NCBI RefSeq assembly: GCF_023721755.1
Contig: NZ_JAMDLH010000002.1
Span: 804,747-828,746 of the forward strand
Origin: Pleomorphomonas sp. NRK KF1
Lineage (GTDB): Bacteria; Pseudomonadota; Alphaproteobacteria; Rhizobiales; Pleomorphomonadaceae
Reading direction: 5' to 3'
DNA: 24,000 bases
The notes below the pieces were generated by a model. The model searched no databases. It was given only the letters and a program-made list of their open reading frames with translations, and was not told where the DNA came from. The translations under genes and the position numbers were made by a program. Of this stretch, positions 6,839-15,992 are shown one piece after another; position 1 is the first letter of the stretch, and the number at the start of each line of letters is the position of its first letter.

Positions 6839-7324
6839 TCAGCCCTTCCAGCGCAGAACGGCGATCAGCGTGAACAGACGCCGGGCCGTCAGCTTGTCGA
6901 TGACGATCTTGTCCGCCAGCTTGTCGATGAGAATCTGCGCGCCTTCGTCATGCAGCGCCCGCCGTCCCATGTCGATCGCTTCGATCTGGGGCGGCGTCGA
7001 CACCTTGATCGCCTCATAGTAGCTGTCGCAAACGAGATAGTAGTCGCGAATGATGCGGCGAAAGGGCGTCAGCGACAGAATGTGCGTGGTCACCGGCTCA
7101 CCGTCGGCACGGAAGATCTGCAGCACCAGCCGATTGGAGACCAGCGACAGCCGGAGGACGAACTCGCCGCCCGACACGCCGACAGGCTCGAAGGAGTTCT
7201 GCTCCAGGAGATCGAAGATCGCCACTTGCCGTTCGTGATCGACCTCGCGCGAGATCTGGCCGATCGAGGCGGCATCAAGGGTCACCGATACGAGGCGCCC
7301 GGTGATACTGTCGGTGTCGGTCAC
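6839..7324 (-). CDS. UPF0262 family protein (conserved alphaproteobacterial protein of unknown function)
   Basis: The sequence VTDTDSITGRLVSVTLD...EVDHERQVAIFDLLEQNSFEP...FRRIIRDYYLVCDSYYEAI matches my memory of UPF0262 proteins (about 160 aa). The start was chosen at GTG 7324, preceded by GGAGGA with 5-nt spacing. The track ORF extends a further 56 codons upstream without support. Confidence 0.8.
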   Translation of the reverse strand: MTDTDSITGRLVSVTLDAASIGQISREVDHERQVAIFDLLEQNSFEPVGVSGGEFVLRLSLVSNRLVLQIFRADGEPVTTHILSLTPFRRIIRDYYLVCDSYYEAIKVSTPPQIEAIDMGRRALHDEGAQILIDKLADKIVIDKLTARRLFTLIAVLRWKG

Positions 7325-7461
7325 GACTGTCCTCCGCGAAAACGTCGCCGAGGCATAGCACGGCGGACCTGTCCCACGAAGCCGGCAAAGGTCGACCCGG
7401 ACAGGAGATTTACGCATGCCTCGACCGCCCGGCCAACGGTGGCTGCGATCTGACCCGACGC

Positions 7462-7492
7462 CGCTTGACTCCTGGCCTTCCTGGCAACACAT
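7462..7492 (+). promoter_or_regulatory. Candidate RpoH (sigma-32)-type heat-shock promoter for htpG
   Basis: CGCTTGAC, a 17-nt spacer, then ACACAT, ending about 39 nt upstream of the htpG ATG. It resembles the rhizobial RpoH consensus as I recall it (CNCTTGAA-N17-CCANAT). Confidence 0.4.
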
Positions 7493-7530
7493 AGCGGACG
7501 CGCGCCGGTTTCCCGGCCCCCATCATTCAT

Positions 7531-9399
7531 ATGAGCGAGACCATGACGCAAACGGAACGTCACAGCTTCGAGGCCGAAGTTTCCCGCCTGCTGCACCTCA
7601 TGGTGCATTCGGTCTATTCCAACAAAGACATCTTCCTGCGCGAGCTGATTTCCAACGCCGCCGATGCCTGCGAGAAGCTTCGCTATCTCTCCATCGCCGA
7701 GCCGCAGCTTGCCGGCGAAGGCGGATTTGCCATCACGCTGTCGGCCGACAAGGACAAGAAGACGCTCACCGTCGCCGACAACGGCATCGGCATGAGCCAC
7801 GACGAGCTCAAGGACAATCTTGGCACCATCGCCCGTTCAGGCACCCGCGCCTTCCTCGACGGTCTTGCCGACAAGGCCGAGGGACAGGCGCTGATCGGCC
7901 AGTTCGGCGTTGGCTTCTACTCCGCCTTCATGGTGGCGAACCGCGTCCGTGTGGTGTCGCGCAAGGCCGGCAGCGATGAGGCCTGGGCCTGGGAATCGGA
8001 TGGCGCCGGCGCCTTCGAGCTGACGCCGGTGGACGTCGCCGACGCGCCGGGCCGGGGAACCGTGGTCGAGCTGTTCCTCAACGACGACTCCCTCTCCTAC
8101 GCCGAGGAGCACACGCTGGAGCGCATCGTCCACGAGTACTCGGCGCATGTGCCGGTGCCGATCCGCTTCAACGGCGGCGAGGAGCCCCGCGAGCTGGCCG
8201 ACGGCTCGGCCCTCTGGGTGAAGCCCAAGTCCGCCGTGACGGCCGACGAGTACAAGGAGTTCTATCACCACGTCGCCACCGCCTGGGACGAGCCGGCGCT
8301 GACGCTGCACTACCGCGCCGAAGGGCGGCAGGAATACAACGTGCTGCTGTTCGTGCCGCGCGAAAAGCCGTTCGACCTGTTCGACCCCAGCCGCAAGGGC
8401 CGGGTGAAGCTCTACGTGCGGCGCGTGTTCATCACCGACGAGGCGGAGATCCTGCCGGCGTGGCTGCGCTTCGTGCGCGGCGTGATCGACAGCGAAGACC
8501 TGCCGCTCAACATGTCACGCGAGATGCTGCAGAAGAACCCGGTGCTCGAAGCCATCGCCAAGGGCGTCACCGGCCGCGTGCTCTCCGAACTGTCGAAGCT
8601 GGCGGAGACCGACGCCGAGCTGTTCAACAAGGTGTGGGCATCGTTCGGCGCGGTGATCAAGGAAGGCCTCTACGAGGCGCCCGAGCGTCGCGACGAGCTG
8701 TTCAAGGTCGTCCGCTTCAAGACCACCACCTCGGGCGACAGCTGGCGGTCACTGGCCGACGTCGTCAAAGACTTCAAGGAAAACCAGACGGCGATCTACT
8801 ATGCCCTCGGCGAAGACGAGAAGCAGGTTCAGGCCTCGCCGCACCTTGAGGGATACGCGGCGCGCGGCCTGGAAGTGCTGATCCTGACCGACCCGGTCGA
8901 CGCCTTCTGGGTGCGCACGGCACTCGGCTTCGAAGGCAAGCCGTTCAAGTCGGTGACGCAGGGCGAAGCCGATCTCGACAACGTCAAGCCACTCGAAGCG
9001 GACAAGGACGAGAAGCCGGGGGCCGAGATGGCCGGTCTCCTCACGACGCTGAAGGAAAGCCTGAAGGACGACGTGGCCGACGTGCGCCTGTCGGCGCGCC
9101 TTGCCACCAGCCCCGTCTGCCTCGTGGCCTCCGACTTCGGCCTCGACCGGATGACCGAGAAGCTGGTCGCCCGCCAGGAAGGCAAAGCGGCCCTCGGCAA
9201 GCCGGTGCTGGAGCTCAACGCCGGCCACAGCCTGATCAAGGCGCTGGCGGCCAAAGCGGCGGCCGGCGACACGGCGGCAGTGACGGCGGCGGCACCGCTG
9301 CTCGTCGGACAGGCGCGCATTCTCGACGGTGAAGCGCCGAGCGATCCGGCCACCTTCGCCGCATCGGTCGCCTCGCTTCTTGAAAAGAGTCTCGCCTGA
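7531..9399 (+). CDS. htpG: Molecular chaperone HtpG (Hsp90)
   Basis: The 622-aa product has the N-terminal GHKL ATPase signature FEAEVSRLLHLMVHSVYSNKDIFLRELISNAADACEKLRY, plus DNGIGM and GQFGVGFYSAFMVA. The middle-domain motif LPLNMSREMLQ is also present. Confidence 0.98.
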   Translation: MSETMTQTERHSFEAEVSRLLHLMVHSVYSNKDIFLRELISNAADACEKLRYLSIAEPQLAGEGGFAITLSADKDKKTLTVADNGIGMSHDELKDNLGTIARSGTRAFLDGLADKAEGQALIGQFGVGFYSAFMVANRVRVVSRKAGSDEAWAWESDGAGAFELTPVDVADAPGRGTVVELFLNDDSLSYAEEHTLERIVHEYSAHVPVPIRFNGGEEPRELADGSALWVKPKSAVTADEYKEFYHHVATAWDEPALTLHYRAEGRQEYNVLLFVPREKPFDLFDPSRKGRVKLYVRRVFITDEAEILPAWLRFVRGVIDSEDLPLNMSREMLQKNPVLEAIAKGVTGRVLSELSKLAETDAELFNKVWASFGAVIKEGLYEAPERRDELFKVVRFKTTTSGDSWRSLADVVKDFKENQTAIYYALGEDEKQVQASPHLEGYAARGLEVLILTDPVDAFWVRTALGFEGKPFKSVTQGEADLDNVKPLEADKDEKPGAEMAGLLTTLKESLKDDVADVRLSARLATSPVCLVASDFGLDRMTEKLVARQEGKAALGKPVLELNAGHSLIKALAAKAAAGDTAAVTAAAPLLVGQARILDGEAPSDPATFAASVASLLEKSLA

Positions 9400-9407
9400 C
9401 ACAAGCC

Positions 9408-9435
9408 GGGGCGGAGAGGAGTGCCTTTCCGCCCC
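9408..9435 (+). terminator. GC-rich hairpin downstream of htpG
   Basis: GGGGCGGA-(12 nt)-TCCGCCCC starts 9 nt after the TGA stop. The stem is 8 bp and there is no clear U-tract. Confidence 0.4.
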
Positions 9436-9632
9436 TCGGCAGTTGGGCTGATGCCGGCTTTTGAGCGGGTTTGTATTTTCATTCTTTTGCATATTTCCTC
9501 TTAAAACGACGGAAAGCTGACCAGTCACCCCAAGGAAACACGTAGTATTCGTATCCCGTGCCAATTCGGCATACTTCATTAACAAAGCAAGCATGTAATA
9601 CCCGTCCGATGCACTTCGCCTCGGGGATATTC

Positions 9633-11315
9633 ATGACTATTTCCCTCAAGACTTCACTGATGGCGACTATTGTCGCGCTGCTGCTGATGACTTGTGGCCT
9701 GGGATGGGTCGCCGTCTCGCAGTTGTCGGCCGCCAACGAGCGGATCAGCGAGTTCGCGGACCACAAGCTGCCGCTGGTCAGAAGCCTCGGAGAGATCCGC
9801 TACTCGATGACGCGCCTGCGCGTGCGCTCGGCGCGGCTCGCCCAGATCACCGACACCGGCGAGCGCCAGAAAGCCAAGGATCTGGCCGATCAGTCGGTGA
9901 AAGACGTCGACAAGGCGGTGACCGAGTATGCCAGCCTGATCGCCGATCTGCCGAAGCAGCAGGAGGTGCTGGCGACCTTCAAGGCGAACTGGCCGACCTA
10001 TGTCGCGATGCACAACGACATCTACCAGAAAATGGTCGACGGCAAGGCCGACGAGGCTTCGACCATTCTCAACAGGACGTCGCAGCCGCCGTTCAATGCC
10101 GTCATCGCGGCGCTGCAGTCGGGCATCGATCAGATCAACGCCGACACGGCCGTCGCCCAGGCCGAAGCCGTCGCCGACTATCGGAGCGCCTTCGCCCTCA
10201 CGGCCGGCACCATCGCAGCGGGCATCGTCCTGGCGCTTGGCGCTTTGGCTTTCGTCTTCTACGGCGTAGTTCGTCCGCTGCACCGGATTACCGGGGCGAT
10301 GGGCGAGGTCGCTGGCGGCAACCTCTCCGCCTCCATCCCTCATGCGGATTCCAAGAACGAAATCGGCAAGATGGCCGCCACGCTGAAGGTGTTCCGCGAC
10401 GGGCTCATGGAGACGGAGCGGCTGCGGCTCGAGAGCGCGGAAGCCGAGGCCCGCAACCGCGAGCGGCTCATCGCCGAGCGCGCCGCCATCGCCGACCGCT
10501 TCGAGGCGGCCATGGGCGCGCTGGCCGAGGGTTTCGTTCACTCGTCGGGCGAGGTTGCCGACGCCGCCCGCAACCTCGCCTCCACCGCCGAGGAGACCAG
10601 CCGGCAGGCCCAGGCCGTCGCGGGCGCCGCCGAAACTGCGTCGGAGAACGTCCAGACGGTGGCGGCCGGCACCGAGGAGCTGTCGGCTTCGGTGCGCGAG
10701 ATCACCACGCAGGTGACGCGCTCGGCCGATATCGCCCGCTCCGCCGCCGGCGAAGCCCAACGCTCGAGCGAGAACGTCAAGGCGCTGTCCGCGTCGGCCC
10801 AGGGTATCGGCGAGGTGGTCGAGCTGATCCGGGCGATCGCCGAGCAGACCAACCTCCTGGCCCTCAACGCCACCATCGAGGCGGCTCGGGCCGGCGAGAT
10901 GGGCAAGGGCTTTGCCGTCGTCGCCTCGGAGGTGAAGAACCTCGCCGGCCAGACCGCCAAGGCCACCGAGGAGATCGCCGGCAAGATCCAGGAGATGCAG
11001 ACGGCGACGGCCGTCACCGTCGACAGCATCTCGCTGATCGTCTCGACCATCGACACCATTCAGGGTGTCACCGAGTCGATTGCCGGTGCCGTCGAGGAGC
11101 AAGGCGCGGCAACGACGGAGATCGCAGGCAACACCCACAAGGCCGCCAATGGCGCCAGCGGCGTGACCGAGAACATCGCCGGTGTCGGCACGGCCGCCGA
11201 GATGACCGGTTCGGCCGCGACGCAACTGATGTCGCTGTCCGACGCGTTGCAAACACAGGCCTCCAGCCTGAAGGGCGAGGTTGCCAGCTTCGTGGAGAAC
11301 CTCAGGACGGCCTGA
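9633..11315 (+). CDS. Methyl-accepting chemotaxis protein (N-terminal TM, four-helix-bundle-type sensor, TM2, HAMP, MA signalling domain)
   Basis: The start was set at ATG 9633 ([26 protein letters not shown]1), with GGGGA lying 6 nt upstream. The HAMP region is [24 protein letters not shown]...[14 protein letters not shown]. The highly conserved hairpin tip is [38 protein letters not shown]. Confidence 0.93.
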   Translation: MTISLKTSLMATIVALLLMTCGLGWVAVSQLSAANERISEFADHKLPLVRSLGEIRYSMTRLRVRSARLAQITDTGERQKAKDLADQSVKDVDKAVTEYASLIADLPKQQEVLATFKANWPTYVAMHNDIYQKMVDGKADEASTILNRTSQPPFNAVIAALQSGIDQINADTAVAQAEAVADYRSAFALTAGTIAAGIVLALGALAFVFYGVVRPLHRITGAMGEVAGGNLSASIPHADSKNEIGKMAATLKVFRDGLMETERLRLESAEAEARNRERLIAERAAIADRFEAAMGALAEGFVHSSGEVADAARNLASTAEETSRQAQAVAGAAETASENVQTVAAGTEELSASVREITTQVTRSADIARSAAGEAQRSSENVKALSASAQGIGEVVELIRAIAEQTNLLALNATIEAARAGEMGKGFAVVASEVKNLAGQTAKATEEIAGKIQEMQTATAVTVDSISLIVSTIDTIQGVTESIAGAVEEQGAATTEIAGNTHKAANGASGVTENIAGVGTAAEMTGSAATQLMSLSDALQTQASSLKGEVASFVENLRTA

Positions 11316-11335
11316 GCGACAATAAGGGGTTCAAG

Positions 11336-11365
11336 AAATGCGCGGTACCAGCCGCGCATTTTTCG
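11336..11365 (+). terminator. Rho-independent terminator of the MCP gene
   Basis: AAATGCGCGG-taccag-CCGCGCATTT is a perfect 10-bp stem followed by TTCG, so the run is effectively CATTTTTCG. It starts 21 nt after the stop. Confidence 0.75.
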
Positions 11366-11460
11366 TTGAGTTCTCGCACTTTGGCGCGTTGCCGGTCGCG
11401 ACGGCGAGGTCTACGCTTTCGCCGCGGATGGAAAATCCGAGGCAAAAAAAGGAGCGTGCC

Positions 11461-11685
11461 ATGATCAAGAACGTTGGTTCGACCGACCGCCTCATCCGGC
11501 TGATCGCCGGGCTCATCCTTCTCATCATCGCGGTGCCGTCGCTCGCCGGCATGGCCTTCATGGGACTCGGCGGATGGGCTTGGCTCGTCGGCCTCGTCGG
11601 CCTTGTCCTTGTGGCGACGGCTCTCATGAACTTCTGCCCGGCCTACACCCTCATCGGCGTCAACACCTGCAAGACCGACAAGTAG
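11461..11685 (+). CDS. DUF2892 (YgaP-like) small inner-membrane protein
   Basis: The 74-aa product is MIKNVGSTDRLIRLIAGLILLII...ALMNFCPAYTLIGVNTCK. It shows the typical DUF2892 pattern (N-terminal xNVGxxDRxxR, two TM helices, C-terminal FCPxY). AGGAG lies 7 nt upstream of ATG 11461. Confidence 0.8.
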   Translation: MIKNVGSTDRLIRLIAGLILLIIAVPSLAGMAFMGLGGWAWLVGLVGLVLVATALMNFCPAYTLIGVNTCKTDK

Positions 11686-11689
11686 CCGA

Positions 11690-12979
11690 TCACTCCAGCC
11701 GGATCGATACGCTCCGCGCATGTCCGCCGAGGCCTTCCACCTCGGCGAGCGTGATGGCGGCCGGCCCGATTTGCTTCAGCGCGGCGGGCGGAACCTTCAG
11801 GAGCGAGGTGCGCTTCATGAAGTCGAGCACGCCGAGACCCGACGAGAAGCGGGCCGAACGGGCCGTGGGAAGCACGTGGTTGGAGCCGCCGACATAGTCG
11901 CCGACGGCTTCCGGCGTGTGATGCCCGACGAAGACGGCGCCGGCATTGCGGATACGGGCCAGCATGGCCTCGGGATCGGCGACCGCGAGTTCGAGATGCT
12001 CGGGCGCGACGCGATCGCTGAGCGGCACGGCCCGGTCGAGGCTTTCGACCAGGATGACGGCACCGTAGTCGCGCCAGGACTCGGCGGCGATACCACCGCG
12101 CGGCAACGCCGCGAGTTGGCGTTCGACCGCCTTTTCCACCGCATCGGCGAGGGCTGAGTCGTTGGTAATCAGGATGGACTGCGCGGCCTTGTCGTGCTCG
12201 GCCTGGGCGAGCAGATCGGCGGCCAGCCAGTCAGGATCGTTGTCGCGGTCGGCGATGATCAGCACTTCCGACGGTCCGGCGATCATGTCGATGCCGACGG
12301 TGCCGAACACGCGGCGCTTGGCGGCTGCGACATAGGCGTTGCCGGGGCCGACGATCTTGGCCACCGGACGAATGGTCTCGGTGCCGTAGGCGAGCGCCGC
12401 CACCGCCTGCGCGCCGCCAATGCGATAAACCTCATCTACGCCGGCGAGCCGGGCGGCCGCCAGCACCAGCGGATTGACCTCGCCACCGGGCGTCGGCACC
12501 ACCATGACCAGCCGATCGACGCCGGCCACCTTGGCCGGAACGGCGTTCATCAGCACGCTCGACGGATAGCTCGCCGTGCCGCCCGGTACGTAGAGACCGA
12601 CGGCCTCGATGGCCGTCCAGATCGAGCCCAGCTCGACGCCGATGGCGTCGGTGTAGCGGTCATCCCTGGGCTTCTGGCGCGCGTGGTGGCTTTCGATGCG
12701 ATCGCGGGCGAGCTTCAGCGCCTCCATCACCTCGGGCTTGACCGCTGCCACGGCCGCGTCGATCTCCGCCTCGGAAACGCGAAGGCCACGGGCGCGGCTG
12801 TCGAAGCGATCGAGCTTTTCCGTCCAGTCGTGCAGCGCTGCATCACCGCGCGTCCGTACATCGGCGATGATATCGGCGACGGCAGCATCGACGTCGGCCG
12901 AAACCTCGCGCTTGGTGGTCAGGAAGGCGGAAAAGCGGGCCTCGAAGTCGGGCGCGCTGTCGTCGAGGCGGATGGCCAC
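11690..12979 (-). CDS. hisD: Histidinol dehydrogenase
   Basis: The 429-aa product contains [62 protein letters not shown] and DLLAQAEHD. The start is GTG with GGAG 7 nt upstream. Confidence 0.97.
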   Translation of the reverse strand: MAIRLDDSAPDFEARFSAFLTTKREVSADVDAAVADIIADVRTRGDAALHDWTEKLDRFDSRARGLRVSEAEIDAAVAAVKPEVMEALKLARDRIESHHARQKPRDDRYTDAIGVELGSIWTAIEAVGLYVPGGTASYPSSVLMNAVPAKVAGVDRLVMVVPTPGGEVNPLVLAAARLAGVDEVYRIGGAQAVAALAYGTETIRPVAKIVGPGNAYVAAAKRRVFGTVGIDMIAGPSEVLIIADRDNDPDWLAADLLAQAEHDKAAQSILITNDSALADAVEKAVERQLAALPRGGIAAESWRDYGAVILVESLDRAVPLSDRVAPEHLELAVADPEAMLARIRNAGAVFVGHHTPEAVGDYVGGSNHVLPTARSARFSSGLGVLDFMKRTSLLKVPPAALKQIGPAAITLAEVEGLGGHARSVSIRLE

Positions 12980-13013
12980 GGGTCACTCCAGCGGAAAACG
13001 AAAGGATCGGCGG

Positions 13014-13445
13014 TCAGTTGAGATCGTGGCTCGGCTGATGCTCGGTGGCCCAGGCGGCGCCGAGATCGGTCAGGCTCGCCTCGATACACTCGACGTCGAG
13101 CCGCATCGAGCCGCCACCGGCGAACTCGAGGAAGACCTGTCCCGAAGGGTCTTCGTCCTTGCCCTCGAAGCGGATGGTCAGCAGGCTGACGATGGCGTCG
13201 GGAAAGTCGCGCCGGATATGGGCCGATTTGACCGCCTCGACGCGGGCGAAGTGCAGAAGGGTGCGCCGGCGCTCCTTGCTGCGGCCGCCGGCCTTCTCCC
13301 AGGCGAAGCGGTTGAGTTCCAAGGTGAGGCGGTGCTCGGCCGGCCGCCAGACGATGTCGCCGACCTTGCCGACGGCATCCTGCGCGTGAGCCGCGATCAC
13401 CTTGAGGTCTTCGGCGTCGAGAGCCGCGAGTTTCAGCATGTCCAT
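13014..13445 (-). CDS. DUF2948 family protein
   Basis: The sequence MDMLKLAALDAEDLKVIAAHAQDAV...LNRFAWEK...ERRRTLLHFARV...LTIRFEG...LDVECIEASLTDLG matches my memory of the DUF2948 proteins found just upstream of hisD in Rhizobiales. The start was set at ATG 13445; ATG 13439 is also possible. The track ORF extends 54 further codons without support. Confidence 0.75.
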   Translation of the reverse strand: MDMLKLAALDAEDLKVIAAHAQDAVGKVGDIVWRPAEHRLTLELNRFAWEKAGGRSKERRRTLLHFARVEAVKSAHIRRDFPDAIVSLLTIRFEGKDEDPSGQVFLEFAGGGSMRLDVECIEASLTDLGAAWATEHQPSHDLN

Positions 13446-13487
13446 GGAGGGTTGTCCGCTCCTGTCAGGACGGCGGAGTGCAAGAGG

Positions 13488-13507
13488 AACCTCGCCCCGC
13501 CGAGGTT
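13488..13507 (-). terminator. Hairpin between the SRPBCC gene and the DUF2948-hisD unit
   Basis: The minus strand reads AACCTCG-gcgggg-CGAGGTT followed by CCTCTTGC. The stem is 7 bp and the U-tract is poor. Confidence 0.3.
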
Positions 13508-13603
13508 GCCTTGAGATAGGGCGGATGAGACGGCGAAGCAAGACTTCCCCGCCCTGAACACCAGTGGAAACGGGCCGGCTCGCTTCGTTGGCGACATTCG
13601 CCG

Positions 13604-14095
13604 TCAAACTTGGCCGGTCATGGTCTCCACAAGCTGGTCGAGAGCGGCGGACCAGCCGTCGTGAAAGCCCAGGCCTTCATGCCGTCTGCGCGCCTTGGCC
13701 GTGGCGTGCATGACGTGTGCCCGGTAAAGCGTACCGCCGGCTTCATCGGCGAGAGTCAGATCGGCGGTGAAGACGAAGTCGGCGTCGCTGGTCGGCTGGG
13801 CATGCGGCCGGAAGCCGGGCGTGAGCGCCGACGTCCACACCAACCGCCTTTCCGGTTCGACGAGGAGGTAGCAGTTGGCACCTGCGACCTCGACGCCTTC
13901 GGGCGACCGCATCACCGTGGCAAAGCGCCCACCGGGCCGGAGATCCATCTCGCAGCCCACCGCTTCCCAGGGGCGAGGACAGAACCATTTGACCAGCGTT
14001 TCCGGCTCGGTCCAGGCCCTCCAGACGAGACGCCTCGGCGTCGGCACGACGCGCTCGAAGAGAAGGTCGAGTTCGGGATCGAAGGCAGCGATCAT
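13604..14095 (-). CDS. SRPBCC superfamily protein, AHSA1 (activator of Hsp90 ATPase homolog 1-like) type
   Basis: The 163-aa product contains FERVVPTPRRLVWRAWTEPETLVKWFCPRPW...CEMDLRPGGRFATVMRSPEGVEV...LLVEPERRLVWTS. This is the typical pattern of bacterial AHSA1/SRPBCC proteins. Confidence 0.8.
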   Translation of the reverse strand: MIAAFDPELDLLFERVVPTPRRLVWRAWTEPETLVKWFCPRPWEAVGCEMDLRPGGRFATVMRSPEGVEVAGANCYLLVEPERRLVWTSALTPGFRPHAQPTSDADFVFTADLTLADEAGGTLYRAHVMHATAKARRRHEGLGFHDGWSAALDQLVETMTGQV

Positions 14096-14202
14096 GGTAT
14101 CCGGTCCTCCCAGACCATATGGCGCGCAGCAAAGCCGCCATTATGCCGGAGCCATCAGCCATATCAATGTCCGGACAGCGCGCCGTTCTCGGCCGGTCAG
14201 GA

Positions 14203-14643
14203 TCAGGGCGTCAGCTTGTAGACGACCATGCCGCTCGCCTCCGCGAAGCCGTCGTAGAGACGACGGGCGGGGTTGTCCTCGCGGGTATGCCAGTAGAGCC
14301 GGTCCCAACCCCTCGCCTTGGCAAGCGTTCGGATGTCCTCGATCAGCGCCCGGCCGGCCCCACGACCGCGGCTTTCGGGGATGACGAAGAGATCCTCAAG
14401 GTAGCAATGCGGCGCCAGCGCCCAGCTCCCCTCATGCAGAAGGCAGACGGCAAACCCGACGACGGCGCCATCGACCACCGCGAGACGACAGAACACCGGG
14501 CTCGCCGGATCGAGAATGCGCGCCCAGGTATGGGCGGTGACCTCGTCCGGCACCGTGGCGTCGAGATGGGCGAGATAGCCTGCCCAGAGGCGGCGCCAGG
14601 CGCCCTCGTCACTCGCTTCGGCCTCGCGGATCACCATGCTCAT
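14203..14643 (-). CDS. GNAT family N-acetyltransferase
   Basis: The 146-aa product has the acetyl-CoA-binding motif A as LEDLFVIPESRGRGAGRALIEDI, followed by LYWHTREDNPARRLYD. The start lies 5 nt after the murA stop. Confidence 0.85.
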   Translation of the reverse strand: MSMVIREAEASDEGAWRRLWAGYLAHLDATVPDEVTAHTWARILDPASPVFCRLAVVDGAVVGFAVCLLHEGSWALAPHCYLEDLFVIPESRGRGAGRALIEDIRTLAKARGWDRLYWHTREDNPARRLYDGFAEASGMVVYKLTP

Positions 14644-14648
14644 CTCGG

Positions 14649-15938
14649 TCAGCCGCTGATCCGCTCGATGACGGCGCCGCAGCGGCCGATCTTGTCTTCC
14701 AGCCGCTCGAAACCACGGTCGAGGTGGTAGACGCGGTTGATCACCGTCTCACCTTCGGCGGCAAGGCCGGCGATCACCAGCGACACGGAGGCGCGCAGGT
14801 CGGTGGCCATCACGGGCGCGCCCCTGAGCCGCTCGACGCCCTCGACGGTGGCGACCTGCCCTTCGAGGCTGATGCGCGCGCCGAAGCGGGCCAGCTCGGC
14901 GACGTGCATGAAGCGGTTCTCGAAAATGGTCTCGGTGATGCGGGCCGTGCCGCGCGCCCGGGTCATCAGCGCCATGAACTGCGCCTGCAGATCGGTGGGA
15001 AACCCGGGGAAAGGATCGGTGACCACGTCGGCGGCGACGATACCGGCGCCATTGCGCCGGACACGCAGACCGCTGTTGGTCTCTTCGATCTCGGTGCCGA
15101 CCCGGCGCAGAACCTCGATCGGCGCTTCCAGCAGCGAGGCTTCGGCGCCCTCCAGCAGCACGTCGCCGCCGGTCATCGCCACGGCCATGGCATAGGTGCC
15201 GGTCTCGATGCGATCGGCAACGACGCGGTGGCGGGCGCCGCGCAGGCGGTCGACGCCCTCGACGACGATGGTGGACGTGCCGGCGCCGGAGATGCGGGCG
15301 CCCATGGCGGAGAGGCAGCGGGCAAGGTCGACGACCTCGGGCTCACGGGCGGCGTTCTCGATCACCGTCTCGCCCTTGGCAAGCGTCGCCGCCATCAGGA
15401 TGACATGCGTGGCGCCGACCGACACCTTTGGAAAGACGACGCGATTGCCGACAAGGCCGCCCGAGGCCTTCGCCACCACGTAGCCGCCTTCGACATCGAT
15501 CCTGGCGCCCAGCTTTTCCAGCCCCATCAGGAACAGGTCGACCGGTCGCGTGCCGATGGCGCAGCCGCCGGGCAGCGACACGCGCGCCTCGTGCATGCGT
15601 GCGAGAAGCGGGCCGATCACCCAGAAGCTGGCCCGCATGGTGGAGACCAGCTCGTAAGGAGCGGTGGTGTCGGTGATCGAGCGGGCGGTGAGCGAAACGG
15701 TCTGGCCGGTCAGCAGCCCCTCACCCTGGCGCTTGCCATTGACGCCGTAATCGACGCCGTGGTTGACGAGAATGTTGGTGAGCTGCCGCACGTCGGCGAG
15801 CCGGGGCACGTTCTCAAGCGTCAGCGTTTCATCGGTCAGCAAACTGGCGATCATCAACGGCAACGCCGCGTTCTTGGCGCCGGAAATCGGAATGATGCCG
15901 TTGAGCGGATTGCCGCCGACGATCCTGATCTTGTCCAT
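14649..15938 (-). CDS. murA: UDP-N-acetylglucosamine 1-carboxyvinyltransferase
   Basis: [50 protein letters not shown] aligns with the E. coli MurA N-terminus MDKFRVQG...[10 protein letters not shown]. The active-site region [14 protein letters not shown] is present. The start was set at ATG 15938, with GAGG 5 nt upstream; the track start GTG 15944 adds 2 aa. Confidence 0.97.
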   Translation of the reverse strand: MDKIRIVGGNPLNGIIPISGAKNAALPLMIASLLTDETLTLENVPRLADVRQLTNILVNHGVDYGVNGKRQGEGLLTGQTVSLTARSITDTTAPYELVSTMRASFWVIGPLLARMHEARVSLPGGCAIGTRPVDLFLMGLEKLGARIDVEGGYVVAKASGGLVGNRVVFPKVSVGATHVILMAATLAKGETVIENAAREPEVVDLARCLSAMGARISGAGTSTIVVEGVDRLRGARHRVVADRIETGTYAMAVAMTGGDVLLEGAEASLLEAPIEVLRRVGTEIEETNSGLRVRRNGAGIVAADVVTDPFPGFPTDLQAQFMALMTRARGTARITETIFENRFMHVAELARFGARISLEGQVATVEGVERLRGAPVMATDLRASVSLVIAGLAAEGETVINRVYHLDRGFERLEDKIGRCGAVIERISG

Positions 15939-15992
15939 CTTCACCTCGGGCCGGCGACGCCGGCAATCTCGTGTTCTGTCGCGACGGGCGCG

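Noticed and set aside
8749-9594. A minus-strand ORF starting in the AT-rich region, with an internal AAGAGGAAAT-ATG site at about 9490, and running antisense into htpG.
   Set aside because: The Shine-Dalgarno-like sequence is attractive. However, the frame has no stop until 8749 purely because it is antisense to htpG, and its product is low-complexity. It could be revisited only if ribosome profiling shows initiation there.
9654-11464. Two additional long ORFs over the MCP gene (532 aa on the minus strand, 590 aa on the plus strand in another frame). This gives three overlapping long frames.
   Set aside because: Only the 9633-11315 frame shows TM helices, HAMP and the conserved MCP signalling hairpin. 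The other two translate to Arg/Gly/Asp/Pro-rich repeats. This is the usual effect of GC-rich, Ala/Glu-repetitive coiled-coil coding sequence.
11683-11692. The DUF2892 and hisD stop codons are convergent and only 4 nt apart, with no terminator between them.
   Set aside because: This is a real observation, but tail-to-tail gene packing without hairpins is common in compact bacterial genomes. On its own it is not evidence of any special mechanism, and it is mentioned under the synteny finding.
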